Assembly (NCBI GenBank): GCA_963728865.1
Contig: CAVSLZ010000001.1
Coordinates: 163,122 to 227,121, forward strand
Reading direction: 5' to 3'
DNA: 64,000 nucleotides
Source: an uncultured Actinomycetota bacterium
GTDB lineage: Bacteria > Actinomycetota > Actinomycetes > Mycobacteriales > Nakamurellaceae
Shown here: piece by piece, positions 28,296 through 40,315 of the stretch
How positions within the stretch are numbered: position 1 is the stretch's first letter
Layout of the letters: every line of letters begins with the position of its first letter
Notes under the pieces: generated by a model
Told to the model about the DNA's origin: nothing
Database searches by the model: none
Seen by the model: the letters and a program-made list of their open reading frames with translations, nothing else
Position numbers and translations under genes: made by a program

Positions 28296-29770
28296 CCGCC
28301 ACCATGACCCCCAGCCTCGGGCTGTCCACCATCTCCGCGCTGACCCCGGCCCAACGACCGCTCGTCGATCCGCGCGAATTGCGTTCCCGTGTCGTGCATT
28401 TCGGGATCGGCGCCTTTCACCGGGCCCACCAGGCGCTCTACACAGAGGCTGCCGCCGCCCGCTCCGGTGAGCCGTGGGGCATCGCAGCCGTCGCCCCGGG
28501 GTCCGCGGCGGCGGTCACCGGACTCAAGGCGCAGGACTGCCTGTATTCGGTGACCGATCTCGTCGCGGGCAACATGACGACGAAGGTGGTCGGCTCCGTC
28601 GTCGACGCCATGCTGCTGGGCCCCGACGCTGCCACCGTCCACGATCTCCTGGTGTCGACCGAGGTCAGCGTGGTCACGCTCACGGTGACCGAGAAGGGTT
28701 ACCACCGGCGCGGCGACACCGGAGAGCTGGACACATCCGTGCCCGCCGTGGCGGTGGACCTGGCTGGCACCGCCGACTCGGCGCCCGGCGCCGTCAGCAC
28801 CGTCGTCGGCAGGCTCGCCACGTCGCTCGCCGCCAGATACCGCGCCGGCGGCGCGCCGATCAGCATCGTGTCCTGCGACAACATGGCCGGGAACGGCGCC
28901 GCTCTCGCCGGCGTCATCCGCGGGTTCGTCCAGGAATCCCACTGGCAGGACAAGGAGGCTGTGCTGGAGTGGCTCGCGACGACCGTGGCCTTCCCGGCCA
29001 CAGTGGTTGACCGGATCGTCCCGGCCACCACCGATCAAGACCGCGCGGCCGCCGGTACGGCGCTCGGCCTGCGGGACGAGATGGCAGTCGTCGGTGAGCC
29101 CTATCGGCAATGGGTCCTGCAGGAGGACTTCGCCGGACCGCGACCGCCGTGGGAACTCGACGGAGCGCTCTTCGTCACGGACGTCGGGCCGTACCAGCTG
29201 ATGAAACTGCGTCTGCTCAACGGTTCTCACTCGGCGCTGGCCTATCTGGGACTGGCCGCTGGATGCGGATCGATCAACGACGCCCTCGGGACCAAATGGG
29301 GCGAGCGACTGGTCCGCGGCCTGGCCGCAGAAGTCTCACCGACCCTGCCCGACGTCGGGCTCGACGAGGCGAAATACACCGACGATCTGATCGACCGGTT
29401 CAGCAACCCCGGGATGCGGGACCAGCTCCGGCGCATCGGCTCTGACGGGTCGCTCAAGATCGGCGAACGTTGGCTCGGCGCGCTCCGCAAGTTGCGGAGC
29501 ACCGGCGCCGCAACCCCTGTGCTGGAACTCGCGTTGGCCGGCTGGGTAAACGCCACCCGCCCCGGGGCGACCGGCGGACAGCACTTCGGCACGACGGACC
29601 CTGCTGCCGCGGCTCTGGCCGCGCACTGGAACGCCGGCGCACCGTCTGCGGCGCCCGTCGCCCGCTTGCTGCGAGAGGTCGGCGCGGCCGACCTCGCCGA
29701 CGACCATGACCTGACCACATCCATCGCTCAGCGGCTACCTGCCATCGCCGCCGGGCGGATCGACATCTGA
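28292..29770 (+). CDS. Mannitol dehydrogenase family; second fructuronate reductase-like enzyme
   Basis: [40 protein letters not shown]; GTGA overlap with manD. Confidence 0.88.
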   Translation: MTATMTPSLGLSTISALTPAQRPLVDPRELRSRVVHFGIGAFHRAHQALYTEAAAARSGEPWGIAAVAPGSAAAVTGLKAQDCLYSVTDLVAGNMTTKVVGSVVDAMLLGPDAATVHDLLVSTEVSVVTLTVTEKGYHRRGDTGELDTSVPAVAVDLAGTADSAPGAVSTVVGRLATSLAARYRAGGAPISIVSCDNMAGNGAALAGVIRGFVQESHWQDKEAVLEWLATTVAFPATVVDRIVPATTDQDRAAAGTALGLRDEMAVVGEPYRQWVLQEDFAGPRPPWELDGALFVTDVGPYQLMKLRLLNGSHSALAYLGLAAGCGSINDALGTKWGERLVRGLAAEVSPTLPDVGLDEAKYTDDLIDRFSNPGMRDQLRRIGSDGSLKIGERWLGALRKLRSTGAATPVLELALAGWVNATRPGATGGQHFGTTDPAAAALAAHWNAGAPSAAPVARLLREVGAADLADDHDLTTSIAQRLPAIAAGRIDI

Positions 29771-29909
29771 TCTCCTGCAGCACTCCCGGCTACCTGTACC
29801 GGCCCGGCGCCGTGCACAGCGCCTTCACCCGCATTCCAGGCAGCACCCGTTCGACCCCCACCCGGCGGCGACGCCGCATCATTGAACGTCATTGCAAAGG
29901 AGCATTTCG

Positions 29910-31292
29910 ATGACCAAGGCCCAAGCGCCTCAACAGGCGGGCGCCGCCACCCGATCGACGAAGGATCTGGTCAAGGCAGCGGTATCCGGTTGGATGGGTA
30001 CCGCCATGGAGTTCATGGATTTCCAGTTGTATTCGCTCGCCGCGGCGATCGTCTTCAACAAGATCTTCTTCCCGAACGTCAGCCCGGCTATCGGGCTCAT
30101 CGCCGCATTCGCCACCTATGGCGTGGGGTACGTCGCCCGCCTTGTCGGTGCCATCTACTTCGGCCGGATGGGCGACCGGATCGGCCGGAAGAAGGTCCTG
30201 TTCCTCACCATCGCCCTGATGGGCGCCTCCACCACTCTCATCGGTGTCCTCCCCACCTATGACAACGTGGGGATCTGGGCGCCGATCCTGCTGGTCGCAT
30301 TGCGGCTGGCCCAGGGCTTCGGCGCCGGCGCCGAGATCGCCGGTGCCACCGTGATGCTTGTCGAATACGCGCCGGTCAAACGCCGCGGCATCATCGCCTC
30401 CCTGGTTTCCCTGGGCACCAACTCCGGCACCCTGGCTGCCTCCGCCATCTGGGCCCTGCTGCTGAGCGTCCTCACCGAGGAGCAGTTGCTCAGCTGGGGC
30501 TGGCGGATCCCGTTCCTGCTCAGCTTCATCCTGCTGGGCTTCGCCCTCTGGCTGCGGGCCAACCTCAAGGAAAGCCCTGTCTTCGAGGAACGCCCCGACC
30601 TCGTCGACGGTGTGGCACTGACCCGGCACGAATTGGAAGAGAAGGCTGCCGCCACCCACGAAAGTGTGCTCGAGGCGGGCCTGAAGCAACGCAAGGGCAA
30701 GGCCTTCTTCATCGCGCTGGGCCTTCGGTTCGGCCAGGCCGGCAACTCCGGCCTGATCCAGACGTTCCTGGTCGGGTACATCGCCAGCACCCTGTTGATC
30801 GACAAGGCCATCGCCACGGAGGCCATCGTGTTCGGCTCGCTGCTCGGGTTCATCACCATCCCCGTTGTCGGCCTCCTCGGCGACCGTTTCGGCCGCCGTC
30901 CCATCTACATCGCCCTGTGCACTTTGACCATCCTGTTCGCCATCCCGATGCTGCTGTTGGTCACCAGCGGCAGCAACGCATCCTTGTTGCTCGCCATGGT
31001 TCTCGGCCTCAACATCGGTGTGCTGGGCCTGTTTTCGCTGGAGAGCGTCACGATGGCGGAGTTGTTCGGTTCGCGGACCCGGTTCACCCAACTCGCACTG
31101 GCCAAGGAGATCGGTGGCATCCTGGCCACCGCGATCGGGCCGGTCGTGGCCGCGACCCTGACGGCCGTCACCGGCAGCTGGTGGCCGATCGCCGCCATGC
31201 TGATCGTCTACTCGCTGATCACCCTGGTGTCCGCCGTGGTTTCGCCCGAGACCCGTGGCCGTGACCTGGTCCGGCTCGAGGACGCGGCATGA
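29910..31292 (+). CDS. MFS metabolite:H+ symporter (YdfJ-like)
   Basis: GTAMEFMDFQLY, GDRIGRKK, QGFGAGAE, ESPVF. Confidence 0.92.
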   Translation: MTKAQAPQQAGAATRSTKDLVKAAVSGWMGTAMEFMDFQLYSLAAAIVFNKIFFPNVSPAIGLIAAFATYGVGYVARLVGAIYFGRMGDRIGRKKVLFLTIALMGASTTLIGVLPTYDNVGIWAPILLVALRLAQGFGAGAEIAGATVMLVEYAPVKRRGIIASLVSLGTNSGTLAASAIWALLLSVLTEEQLLSWGWRIPFLLSFILLGFALWLRANLKESPVFEERPDLVDGVALTRHELEEKAAATHESVLEAGLKQRKGKAFFIALGLRFGQAGNSGLIQTFLVGYIASTLLIDKAIATEAIVFGSLLGFITIPVVGLLGDRFGRRPIYIALCTLTILFAIPMLLLVTSGSNASLLLAMVLGLNIGVLGLFSLESVTMAELFGSRTRFTQLALAKEIGGILATAIGPVVAATLTAVTGSWWPIAAMLIVYSLITLVSAVVSPETRGRDLVRLEDAA

Positions 31293-32314
31293 GGGCCGTC
31301 GTCGTCCACGGAGCGGGCGACCTCAGGGTCGACGAACTGCCGGATCCCGCCCCCGCCGCCGGCGAAGTGCTCATCACCATGGAATGGGGAGGAATCTGCG
31401 GATCCGACCTCGCCTATGTGCGGAACGGCTCCTCCGGCACCGCCATCCTGAAGCAGCCGCTGGTCCTGGGCCATGAATTCGCCGGCCGCATCAGCCGGCT
31501 CGGCCCCGGCGTGACCGGACTCCAGGTCGGCCAACCGGTCACCGTTCACCCGGCCACCCTGGTGGGCGACGGTGCGTTGCCGGACAGGATCGCGGGCCGC
31601 ACCAACCTCTACCCGCAGATCCGGTACTGCGGATCGGCCGCGTTCGACCCGCACACCGACGGCGGCTTCAGCGAACTGAAAGTGGTTCGCGTGGAACAGA
31701 TCCGGGTGCTACCCGACACCGTCGGCACCCAGTCCGGGGCCCTCGCCGAACCGCTCGCGGTGGCTTTGCACGCAGTCAGCAGGGCCGGCGACCTACGGGG
31801 TCGGGACATCCTGGTCAACGGCGCCGGGCCGATCGGATCGCTGGTCGTCGCCGCCGCGAAATACCGTGGGGCCGCATCGGTCACGGCTGCCGACCTGTCG
31901 GCGGAGTCGCTGTCCATCGCCCGGGCGATGGGTGCCGACGAGACGATCGACCTGGCCGCCGGTGGCACCCTGCCGGAGGATGCCGAAGTGGTGTTCGAAG
32001 CCTCCGGAGCGGCAGCGGCCCTCGGCGCGGCGCTCCGGGCCACAGCCAGGGGCGGCACCCTGGTCCAGGTCGGCAATCTCCCCGGCACCCCGGTCCCTGC
32101 AGTCCTCGGCGACCTGGTCACCAGGGAGATCACCTGGGTCGGCTCCTACCGCTTCATCGACGAGATCACCGACGCTGTACAGGCATTGCACGAGGGCCTG
32201 GACCTATCGCCGCTGATCACCCACACGTTCAAGATCGACCAGGCCGACAAAGCGATCGCGGTCGCCGCAGACCGGACCTCCGGCAGCGGCAAGGTCATGC
32301 TCCAACTCGGCTGA
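31289..32314 (+). CDS. Zn-dependent L-idonate 5-dehydrogenase-like enzyme
   Basis: GGICGSD, LGHE, GSAAFDPHTDGGF, GAGPIG, GSYRF. Confidence 0.85.
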   Translation: MRAVVVHGAGDLRVDELPDPAPAAGEVLITMEWGGICGSDLAYVRNGSSGTAILKQPLVLGHEFAGRISRLGPGVTGLQVGQPVTVHPATLVGDGALPDRIAGRTNLYPQIRYCGSAAFDPHTDGGFSELKVVRVEQIRVLPDTVGTQSGALAEPLAVALHAVSRAGDLRGRDILVNGAGPIGSLVVAAAKYRGAASVTAADLSAESLSIARAMGADETIDLAAGGTLPEDAEVVFEASGAAAALGAALRATARGGTLVQVGNLPGTPVPAVLGDLVTREITWVGSYRFIDEITDAVQALHEGLDLSPLITHTFKIDQADKAIAVAADRTSGSGKVMLQLG

Positions 32315-32372
32315 CCTCGACCGACACGAATCTCTTTACCAGCGAACGACAACGGAAATGAGGTGAATCCCG

Positions 32373-33371
32373 ATGCCCAGCGACACCACGCCGAGCCGGC
32401 ATCCAGCGTCCTCGGTCGTCACGATCGGCGAGACGATGGCACTGCTCACCGCGCCAGACCGGGGACTGCACAGCGGATCCCGCCTGCCGATCGATATCGG
32501 CGGCGCGGAATCGAACGTCGCCATCGGTCTGGCCCGGCTCGGCGTGGAGAGCACCTGGATCAGCCGGCTCGGTGCGGACGCGTTCGGCGCTCTGATCACC
32601 AGGGAATTGCGGGCGGAGGGGGTCCGCGTCATCGCTGCCCGGGACCCGACGGCCCCGACCGGGATGATGGTCAAGGAGCACCGCCGCGGGACGCCCCGTC
32701 GCGTCCGGTACTACCGGAGCAACAGCGCGGCATCGCAACTGTCCGAGGTCGATGTCGATGAGCAGGTGATCGGAGCGGCCCAAGTGCTGCACCTGACGGG
32801 GATCACCCCGGCGCTCGGCCAGGGTCCCCTGCAGGCCGTCCGGCGGGCGATCGACGTGGCGAGACGGGCCGGAACCCTGACCTCCTTCGACGTCAACTAT
32901 CGCGCCACGTTGTGGCCGCCGGACGAGGCCTCGGCGGTGCTCACCGGCCTCGCCGGTGAGGTGGATCTGATCTTCGCCGGACCGGAGGAAGCCGCGCTGC
33001 TGCTCGGCTGGGATCGCGGGCCCGGTGCACCGACCTGGGAGGACGGCGAACGACTCGGCCGCGGTCTGGCCAAACTGGGACCGACGACGGTTGTGGTAAA
33101 ACTCGGCGCTCTGGGTTCGCTCGCGGTGCAGGCCGACCAGATTCACCGTGCACCCACCCAGCCCGTGACCGTCATCGACGCTGTGGGCGCCGGGGATGCA
33201 TTCGTCGCCGGGTACCTCAGCGAACTCGTCACCGACGCATCCATTCTGGATTGCCTCCGAATGGGCAACGCTCTTGGCGGAGCCGTTTGCGAACAGCCTG
33301 GTGACTGGGAGGGACTGCCCACCCGGGACGAACTCGCGGACGTTTCACAGTCCCGAGACATCCTGCGGTGA
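32373..33371 (+). CDS. kdgK: 2-keto-3-deoxygluconate kinase (PfkB)
   Basis: GGAESNVAIGLARLG, YYR, HLTGIT, FDVNYR, DAVGAGDAF; precedes eda. Confidence 0.85.
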   Translation: MPSDTTPSRHPASSVVTIGETMALLTAPDRGLHSGSRLPIDIGGAESNVAIGLARLGVESTWISRLGADAFGALITRELRAEGVRVIAARDPTAPTGMMVKEHRRGTPRRVRYYRSNSAASQLSEVDVDEQVIGAAQVLHLTGITPALGQGPLQAVRRAIDVARRAGTLTSFDVNYRATLWPPDEASAVLTGLAGEVDLIFAGPEEAALLLGWDRGPGAPTWEDGERLGRGLAKLGPTTVVVKLGALGSLAVQADQIHRAPTQPVTVIDAVGAGDAFVAGYLSELVTDASILDCLRMGNALGGAVCEQPGDWEGLPTRDELADVSQSRDILR

Positions 33372-33413
33372 AACCACATCCACTCCGTCAGACTCTGCAG
33401 AAATGAGATACCT

Positions 33414-34064
33414 GTGAGTAATGATTCGCTTCTGAAGCGGTGCCGGGTCGTTCCGGTGGTGGTCATCCATGACCTCGCCCATGCCATTCCGATGGGCGAA
33501 GCGCTGCTCGCCGGCGGGATCGACGTCGCCGAGATCACCCTGCGAACCCCTGTCGGAATGGACGCCATCCGGACGCTGGCCTCGGAACTGACCGAATTGC
33601 ATGTGGGAGCCGGGTCGGTACTGGTCCCCAACCACGTCGATCAGGTCGTCGATGCCGGCGCGAAATTCTTTGTGAGCCCGGGTCTGTCGATCGATGTTCT
33701 CGTCCGGGCCGACGACCTCGGCATCCCGGCGCTCCCTGGGGTTGCGACGTCCTCCGAACTGATGACGGCCGTCGGTCTCGGACTCACCGAGGTCAAGTTC
33801 TTCCCGGCCGGACTGCTCGGTGGGCCAGCTGCCATCCGCGCCCTGACGGCACCGTTCACGGACATGACCTTCATGCCCTCCGGCGGGGTGAACGCACAGA
33901 ACATGACCGACTACCTCGAGATTCCCGCCGTTCCCGCTGTCAGCGGCAGCTGGATGGTCGACCCTGCCCTGTTCGCGGACGGACGCTGGGATGAGGTGAC
34001 ATCGCTCGCCTCAGCGGCTATCCGCACGGCGGATCGGGCGACCGGCCGGCTGGCCCAGGTCTGA
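33414..34064 (+). CDS. eda: KDPG/KHG aldolase
   Basis: VVPVV, EITLRT, GAGSV, VSPG, VKFFPA, FMPSGGV, SGSW. Confidence 0.95.
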   Translation: MSNDSLLKRCRVVPVVVIHDLAHAIPMGEALLAGGIDVAEITLRTPVGMDAIRTLASELTELHVGAGSVLVPNHVDQVVDAGAKFFVSPGLSIDVLVRADDLGIPALPGVATSSELMTAVGLGLTEVKFFPAGLLGGPAAIRALTAPFTDMTFMPSGGVNAQNMTDYLEIPAVPAVSGSWMVDPALFADGRWDEVTSLASAAIRTADRATGRLAQV

Positions 34065-34151
34065 CAGACTGCGCATGCCGCCTCAACGGGTCGTCTGGGG
34101 CTAGGACTACCCTCGCTTCGTGATGCACTTGCAGTGCAAGATGCTGCACAT

Positions 34152-34350
34152 ATGGACGAACCAAACGCCGACTTCTCCAAGGTGATCGGTGCCCGGGTCC
34201 GGCAGGAGCGGCAATCCCGGAAGTGGACTCTCGACCAGTTGGCACAGGCGGCAGCCGTGAGCCGCCGGATGATCATCAATGTCGAGCAGGGGGCGGCGAA
34301 TCCGAGCATCGGAACGCTGCTGAGGCTCAGCGGCGCTCTCGGCGTCGGAC
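34152..34350 (+). pseudogene. Truncated XRE-family HTH regulator (C-terminal domain apparently lost)
   Basis: IGARVRQER...WTLDQLAQAAAVSRRMIINVEQGAANPSIGTLLRLSGALGV; the frame then loses any recognisable character and runs antisense into the next gene. Confidence 0.65.
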
Positions 34351-34465
34351 CGCCGCCCAGCGCGGTGGACGACGCCACCCACGGGCTGACCGCCGAGCGC
34401 AGGTTCGCCCTCTCGAGGAAATCGGCCGTTGATGGTCACCCTTGCTCCGTAACCCTTGCCCGGCT

Positions 34466-35713
34466 TTACAGCTCGAGTCGATGGTCGCCGAGTTGTTCGG
34501 TACCGGAGCGGAATCCCTTGTGGGCCGCTCGGATCACGTTGCGGGGATCGGCTCTGGAGAGCCTGGGTGTCCGACCCCGGCGACCGGCTTGCTCTGCGAT
34601 GTCCAGTTCGGCAAGGATCCGGTCCACCGCCTGCAGCAGGGCTTCGTTCAGTTCCCACGTCACCAGGTCTTCCGGATGGTCCACCAGGCGAAGTTCGATC
34701 ACCCGCACCCTGGCCTCCCGCAGGACCTCCAGCGCGGCGGCCGCCGCAGCTTCCGCATCGGCCGTATTGTCGGCGACTTCCGCGCGAACAAGGTCTCCAT
34801 AGGCGGTCACCGCGTCCGAGAGTTCGCTGAGCAAGCCGGCGAAGGCTTGCCGGACGGCTTCCGCGCTGTCGTCGTCGTTGTGGTTGCTGTTGTCATTGGC
34901 GGGGCTGTGGTCGCGGACCCCGTCGGCGATCGATCGGAACATGCTACGCACGGCGACCGAGCAGTGTTCCAGAGCTTCCAAACCGCCACGAAGGACTCCC
35001 GTCGTGTCCCGGATGGCCAGCGCGCGGGGGTTGAGCCGACGACCCTGTTCGGCCTGTTCCAGTGCGCGGTCCATCCGGGGGACGTGGCGGCTCAACCGTC
35101 GCGCTTCCTCCAACCACCGTGCCGATTCCATAACGGTGATCCCACCGGCCACTTCACCGGCGGCAGTTCTCAGGAGGGCGGCAATTTCGCTACCGAATTT
35201 CGCGACCGCCTCGGCCGCGGTATCGGCGCGGATACGCGGTGGGAATGCAAGGTTCACCCCAATTCCCACGGCCGCGCCGATCAGGGTCTCGACGATCCGG
35301 TCGCTCGCCACCGTTTCTTCGCCGCCGACGGCGAGCACGAGCATGGCACTGATGGGCACCTCCACCAGGTGCGGCCCGAGGCGCAGTAACTGGCCGGCCA
35401 CGATGGAGATCGTTACGAGCAACCCGAGGCTCCACCAACTGATCCCCACCAGAGCGGAGAACCCGACCGCAAGCAACACCCCGACGACCACGCTGACCAC
35501 CCGCTGGACGCCGCTCGTGACGATGTCGAACAGCGTGACCTCGACGACCAGCAGGGCGGTCAGGGCGGCGATCACCGGAACGGTGTCCTGCAGGAGCAGA
35601 CCTGCCACGACGTAAGCGGCCACCGCCGCACCGGTGAGACGCAATGCCCGCAATACGGCGGTGGGCCACCGCTCCCGCACCCGCGCAGTGATCCGCCCGA
35701 AAAGCCGCGCCAT
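34466..35713 (-). CDS. FUSC/aromatic acid exporter family membrane protein
   Basis: AALTALLVVEVT, QRVVSVVVG, EVPISAMLVL, RIVETLIGAAVG; helical C-terminus. Confidence 0.85.
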   Translation of the reverse strand: MARLFGRITARVRERWPTAVLRALRLTGAAVAAYVVAGLLLQDTVPVIAALTALLVVEVTLFDIVTSGVQRVVSVVVGVLLAVGFSALVGISWWSLGLLVTISIVAGQLLRLGPHLVEVPISAMLVLAVGGEETVASDRIVETLIGAAVGIGVNLAFPPRIRADTAAEAVAKFGSEIAALLRTAAGEVAGGITVMESARWLEEARRLSRHVPRMDRALEQAEQGRRLNPRALAIRDTTGVLRGGLEALEHCSVAVRSMFRSIADGVRDHSPANDNSNHNDDDSAEAVRQAFAGLLSELSDAVTAYGDLVRAEVADNTADAEAAAAAALEVLREARVRVIELRLVDHPEDLVTWELNEALLQAVDRILAELDIAEQAGRRGRTPRLSRADPRNVIRAAHKGFRSGTEQLGDHRLEL

Positions 35714-35759
35714 CTATAAGATCTCGTTTCTGGGACGACCGCGTCGTGACCGCTGACTG

Positions 35760-36479
35760 TCAGCGGGTGACGGTCACGGTGAAGGAGTACATGCTGGGCC
35801 GGTGGACATGTCGCCCCCATTCGACCGGTCGGCCGGTGTCGTCCAGCGTCAGCCGGTCGGCGGTCAACAGCGCGGCGTCCGGGGGCTCATCCAGCAGCCG
35901 ACATTCGTCGGCCGTGCCTGCGCGGGCAGCGATGCGTTGTTTGGCGACCGCGATGCGGATTCCTGCGTCACGCATGGTCTGGTACAGACCATGCGCACTC
36001 AAGTCGGTGTCACCGATTCCTGCCAGATCTCCGGGAAGGTAGTTCTCCAGGATCGCGAGGGGCTCGTCCCTAGCCAACCGTAGGCGGCGCAGGTGGAGGA
36101 CCGGTTCCCCGACTGGGACGCTCAATGTGGCGGCGATGTCGTGCCGGGCGAGCACCCACTCATTGGCCAGAACGATCGTGCGGGGGCACTCGCCTCGTTT
36201 CTCGAGATCGTCATACAGGCTGGTCAGCTGGATGGGACGATGAATGGGGCCCTGAACCACCTGGGTGCCGACGCCGCGCTTCCGGACAAGCAGACCGCTA
36301 TCCACCAGGGTTTGGATCGCGTGCCGCATTGTGGGCCTGGAGACCCCGAACCGCTGGGCCAGCAGGATCTCGTTACCCAAGCTGGTTCCCGGTGGGAGCT
36401 TTCCGGTTTCGATCGCACTCTGGATGCGACGGGCCAACTGGTGGTAGAGCGGGAGGTCGGTGCTGCGGTCGAGTTTCAT
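35760..36479 (-). CDS. GntR/HutC (UTRA) regulator, IolR-like
   Basis: PLYHQL, GVSRPTMRHA, RKRGVGT, LTSLYDDL; last gene of the iol operon. Confidence 0.92.
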   Translation of the reverse strand: MKLDRSTDLPLYHQLARRIQSAIETGKLPPGTSLGNEILLAQRFGVSRPTMRHAIQTLVDSGLLVRKRGVGTQVVQGPIHRPIQLTSLYDDLEKRGECPRTIVLANEWVLARHDIAATLSVPVGEPVLHLRRLRLARDEPLAILENYLPGDLAGIGDTDLSAHGLYQTMRDAGIRIAVAKQRIAARAGTADECRLLDEPPDAALLTADRLTLDDTGRPVEWGRHVHRPSMYSFTVTVTR

Positions 36480-36483
36480 CGGG

Positions 36484-37350
36484 TCACGTCCCGAAGCCCT
36501 GTTTGACCCGGTCGAGCATGCGGCGGTGGATGTCGTCCGCGTTCTCCTCCCAGCCGAACACGCACACCGTTGCGATGCCGTCGAACCGGACGTCGCGCAG
36601 CGTGCCGAAGAATTCATCCCAATCGACGTCGCCGTTGCCGATCTCGTTGTGCTGGTGGATCCGTGCGTCCGCGCCCGGCGGGTTGATGATGTACCGATTG
36701 CCGACATTGGCCTTGTGGTTGTAGCAGTCGGCGATGTGCAGGTGGGTCAGCTTCGGCCCGGCGTAGCGGATCATCCGGTCGAGGTCACCGGCACCGTCGG
36801 ACAGGTGGAACGCGTGCGGCGCGCAGAAGACGTAGTTGACCCAGGTCTTGTTCAGACCCCGGATGATCTGAACCGCGTCGTCGTTCGTTTCCGAGAAGTC
36901 GTACGGATGGGCCTCCAGGTTGAGCCCGATGCCGTATCTCTCGAAGTCCGGGACCAGTTCTTCCATCGACCGGTAGAAGGCGTGCTCGGAGCGCAGCGGA
37001 TCTCCTGGATCACCGGACAGCTCCGAGTTGACCACCGGGCACTCCAGCTCGGCGGCGATCTGCAGCAGCCGCCGCCAGTTCCGGACCTGAGCCTGTCGCT
37101 CCTGTTCGTCCGGGGAGGACCAGTTGAACACCGGGACCAGACTCAGCATTGTGACACCTGTTTCCTGGCAGGCCTTCCGCACCTCGGCGATGGCCGAGTC
37201 ATCGGCCTTCGGGTAACGGTGCCAGAAGAAGAAGTCCGGGCGGGGTGACAGCTCGAGGTACTCGTACCCGAGGTCGGCGGCTTTCCGGACCTCGTCCGCC
37301 ACCGAGAGGTCGGCGTGATACATGGCCGGGTCGAGTGCGATCTTCACCAT
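36484..37350 (-). CDS. iolH: IolH-like sugar phosphate isomerase/epimerase
   Basis: KIALDP, ELSPR, NSELSG, EAHPYDF, RYIINPPG, HQH. Confidence 0.85.
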   Translation of the reverse strand: MVKIALDPAMYHADLSVADEVRKAADLGYEYLELSPRPDFFFWHRYPKADDSAIAEVRKACQETGVTMLSLVPVFNWSSPDEQERQAQVRNWRRLLQIAAELECPVVNSELSGDPGDPLRSEHAFYRSMEELVPDFERYGIGLNLEAHPYDFSETNDDAVQIIRGLNKTWVNYVFCAPHAFHLSDGAGDLDRMIRYAGPKLTHLHIADCYNHKANVGNRYIINPPGADARIHQHNEIGNGDVDWDEFFGTLRDVRFDGIATVCVFGWEENADDIHRRMLDRVKQGFGT

Positions 37351-37410
37351 TGATGACTCCTGGTCAGACTTTTCGATGTCGGTGACGGCAGTGTTCGATG
37401 GGGGCGGTGG

Positions 37411-38348
37411 TCAGTGGGGCCAGCGGCGGACCGGGCCCAGTCCGCATGCGGTCAGGTAGCCCGCGGCGCGGGCCTGGATGGCCAGGGGGATGTGCGTGGC
37501 CACCGGGTAGAGGTCCTGTTCCAGGATGGTGAAGACGTCCCGATCGAGCCGGGCCAGCGCATCGAGCAGGGACGGCACGTCGGGCTCGCCGTAGGGGGGT
37601 TCGACCATCACACCCAGCGGGACGGCCTCTGCCAACGACAGGTTCTCGGCACGTACCCGCTCGCGCACCTTCGGATCGACGAACTTCAGGTGCACGTAGG
37701 TGATTCGCTCCGGTGCCTGCTCGATGATCTTCAGGTTGTCCCCGTCGCAATAGGCGATGTGGCCGGTGTCCAGGCACAGATTGACGTGCTGGGGTTCGGT
37801 CTCGTCGAGGAACCGCAGGATGCGCTCCTGGGTATCGACGTGGGTGTCGGCGTGCGGGTGGAAGACCAGTTCGATGCCGAACTCCTCGTAGATGATCTTG
37901 CCGAGTTCGTTGGTGCCGCTGATCAGGTTCGACCACCCGACGGGGTCGAGGTCGCCGGACTGGGTGGCCTCGCCGGTGTGCATGTCGGTGTACTGCTCGG
38001 GAAGGTGAACCAGGTACTTGGCACCGACCTCGCGCAGCAACCTGGCCTCCCTGCTGAAGTCGGTGATGGCCTTGTCGAGTCCCTCCTTGCCTTTGTGCAA
38101 CCCGGCAAAGACCGTTCCACCGCACACCTTCAGGCCGCGAATGGCCAATTCGTCACGCAGTTGGACAGGATCCTGCGGGAGGAACCCCTGCGGGCCGAGC
38201 TCGGTCCACACGTACCCGGCATTGGCGACCTCGTCGAGGTACCGGTCCCAGGTCACCTGGTGCGGATCCTCCGGGAACCACACCCCCCAGGAGTCCGGTG
38301 CGGTGCCGAGAAGGAGCTTGGAGACGTCTTCGGTGGGGACTGCGGCTT

Positions 38349-38352
<4 letters not shown>
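37411..38352 (-). CDS. iolE: IolE-like inosose dehydratase (TIM barrel)
   Basis: TAPDSWGVWF, ELGP, FHPHAD, LDTGH, HLK, EQD; GTGA overlap with iolD. Confidence 0.75.
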
Positions 38353-40280
<1,928 letters not shown>

Positions 40281-40315
40281 GTTGACGCGCTCCTTCATGT
40301 TGTGATCGGACAGGC

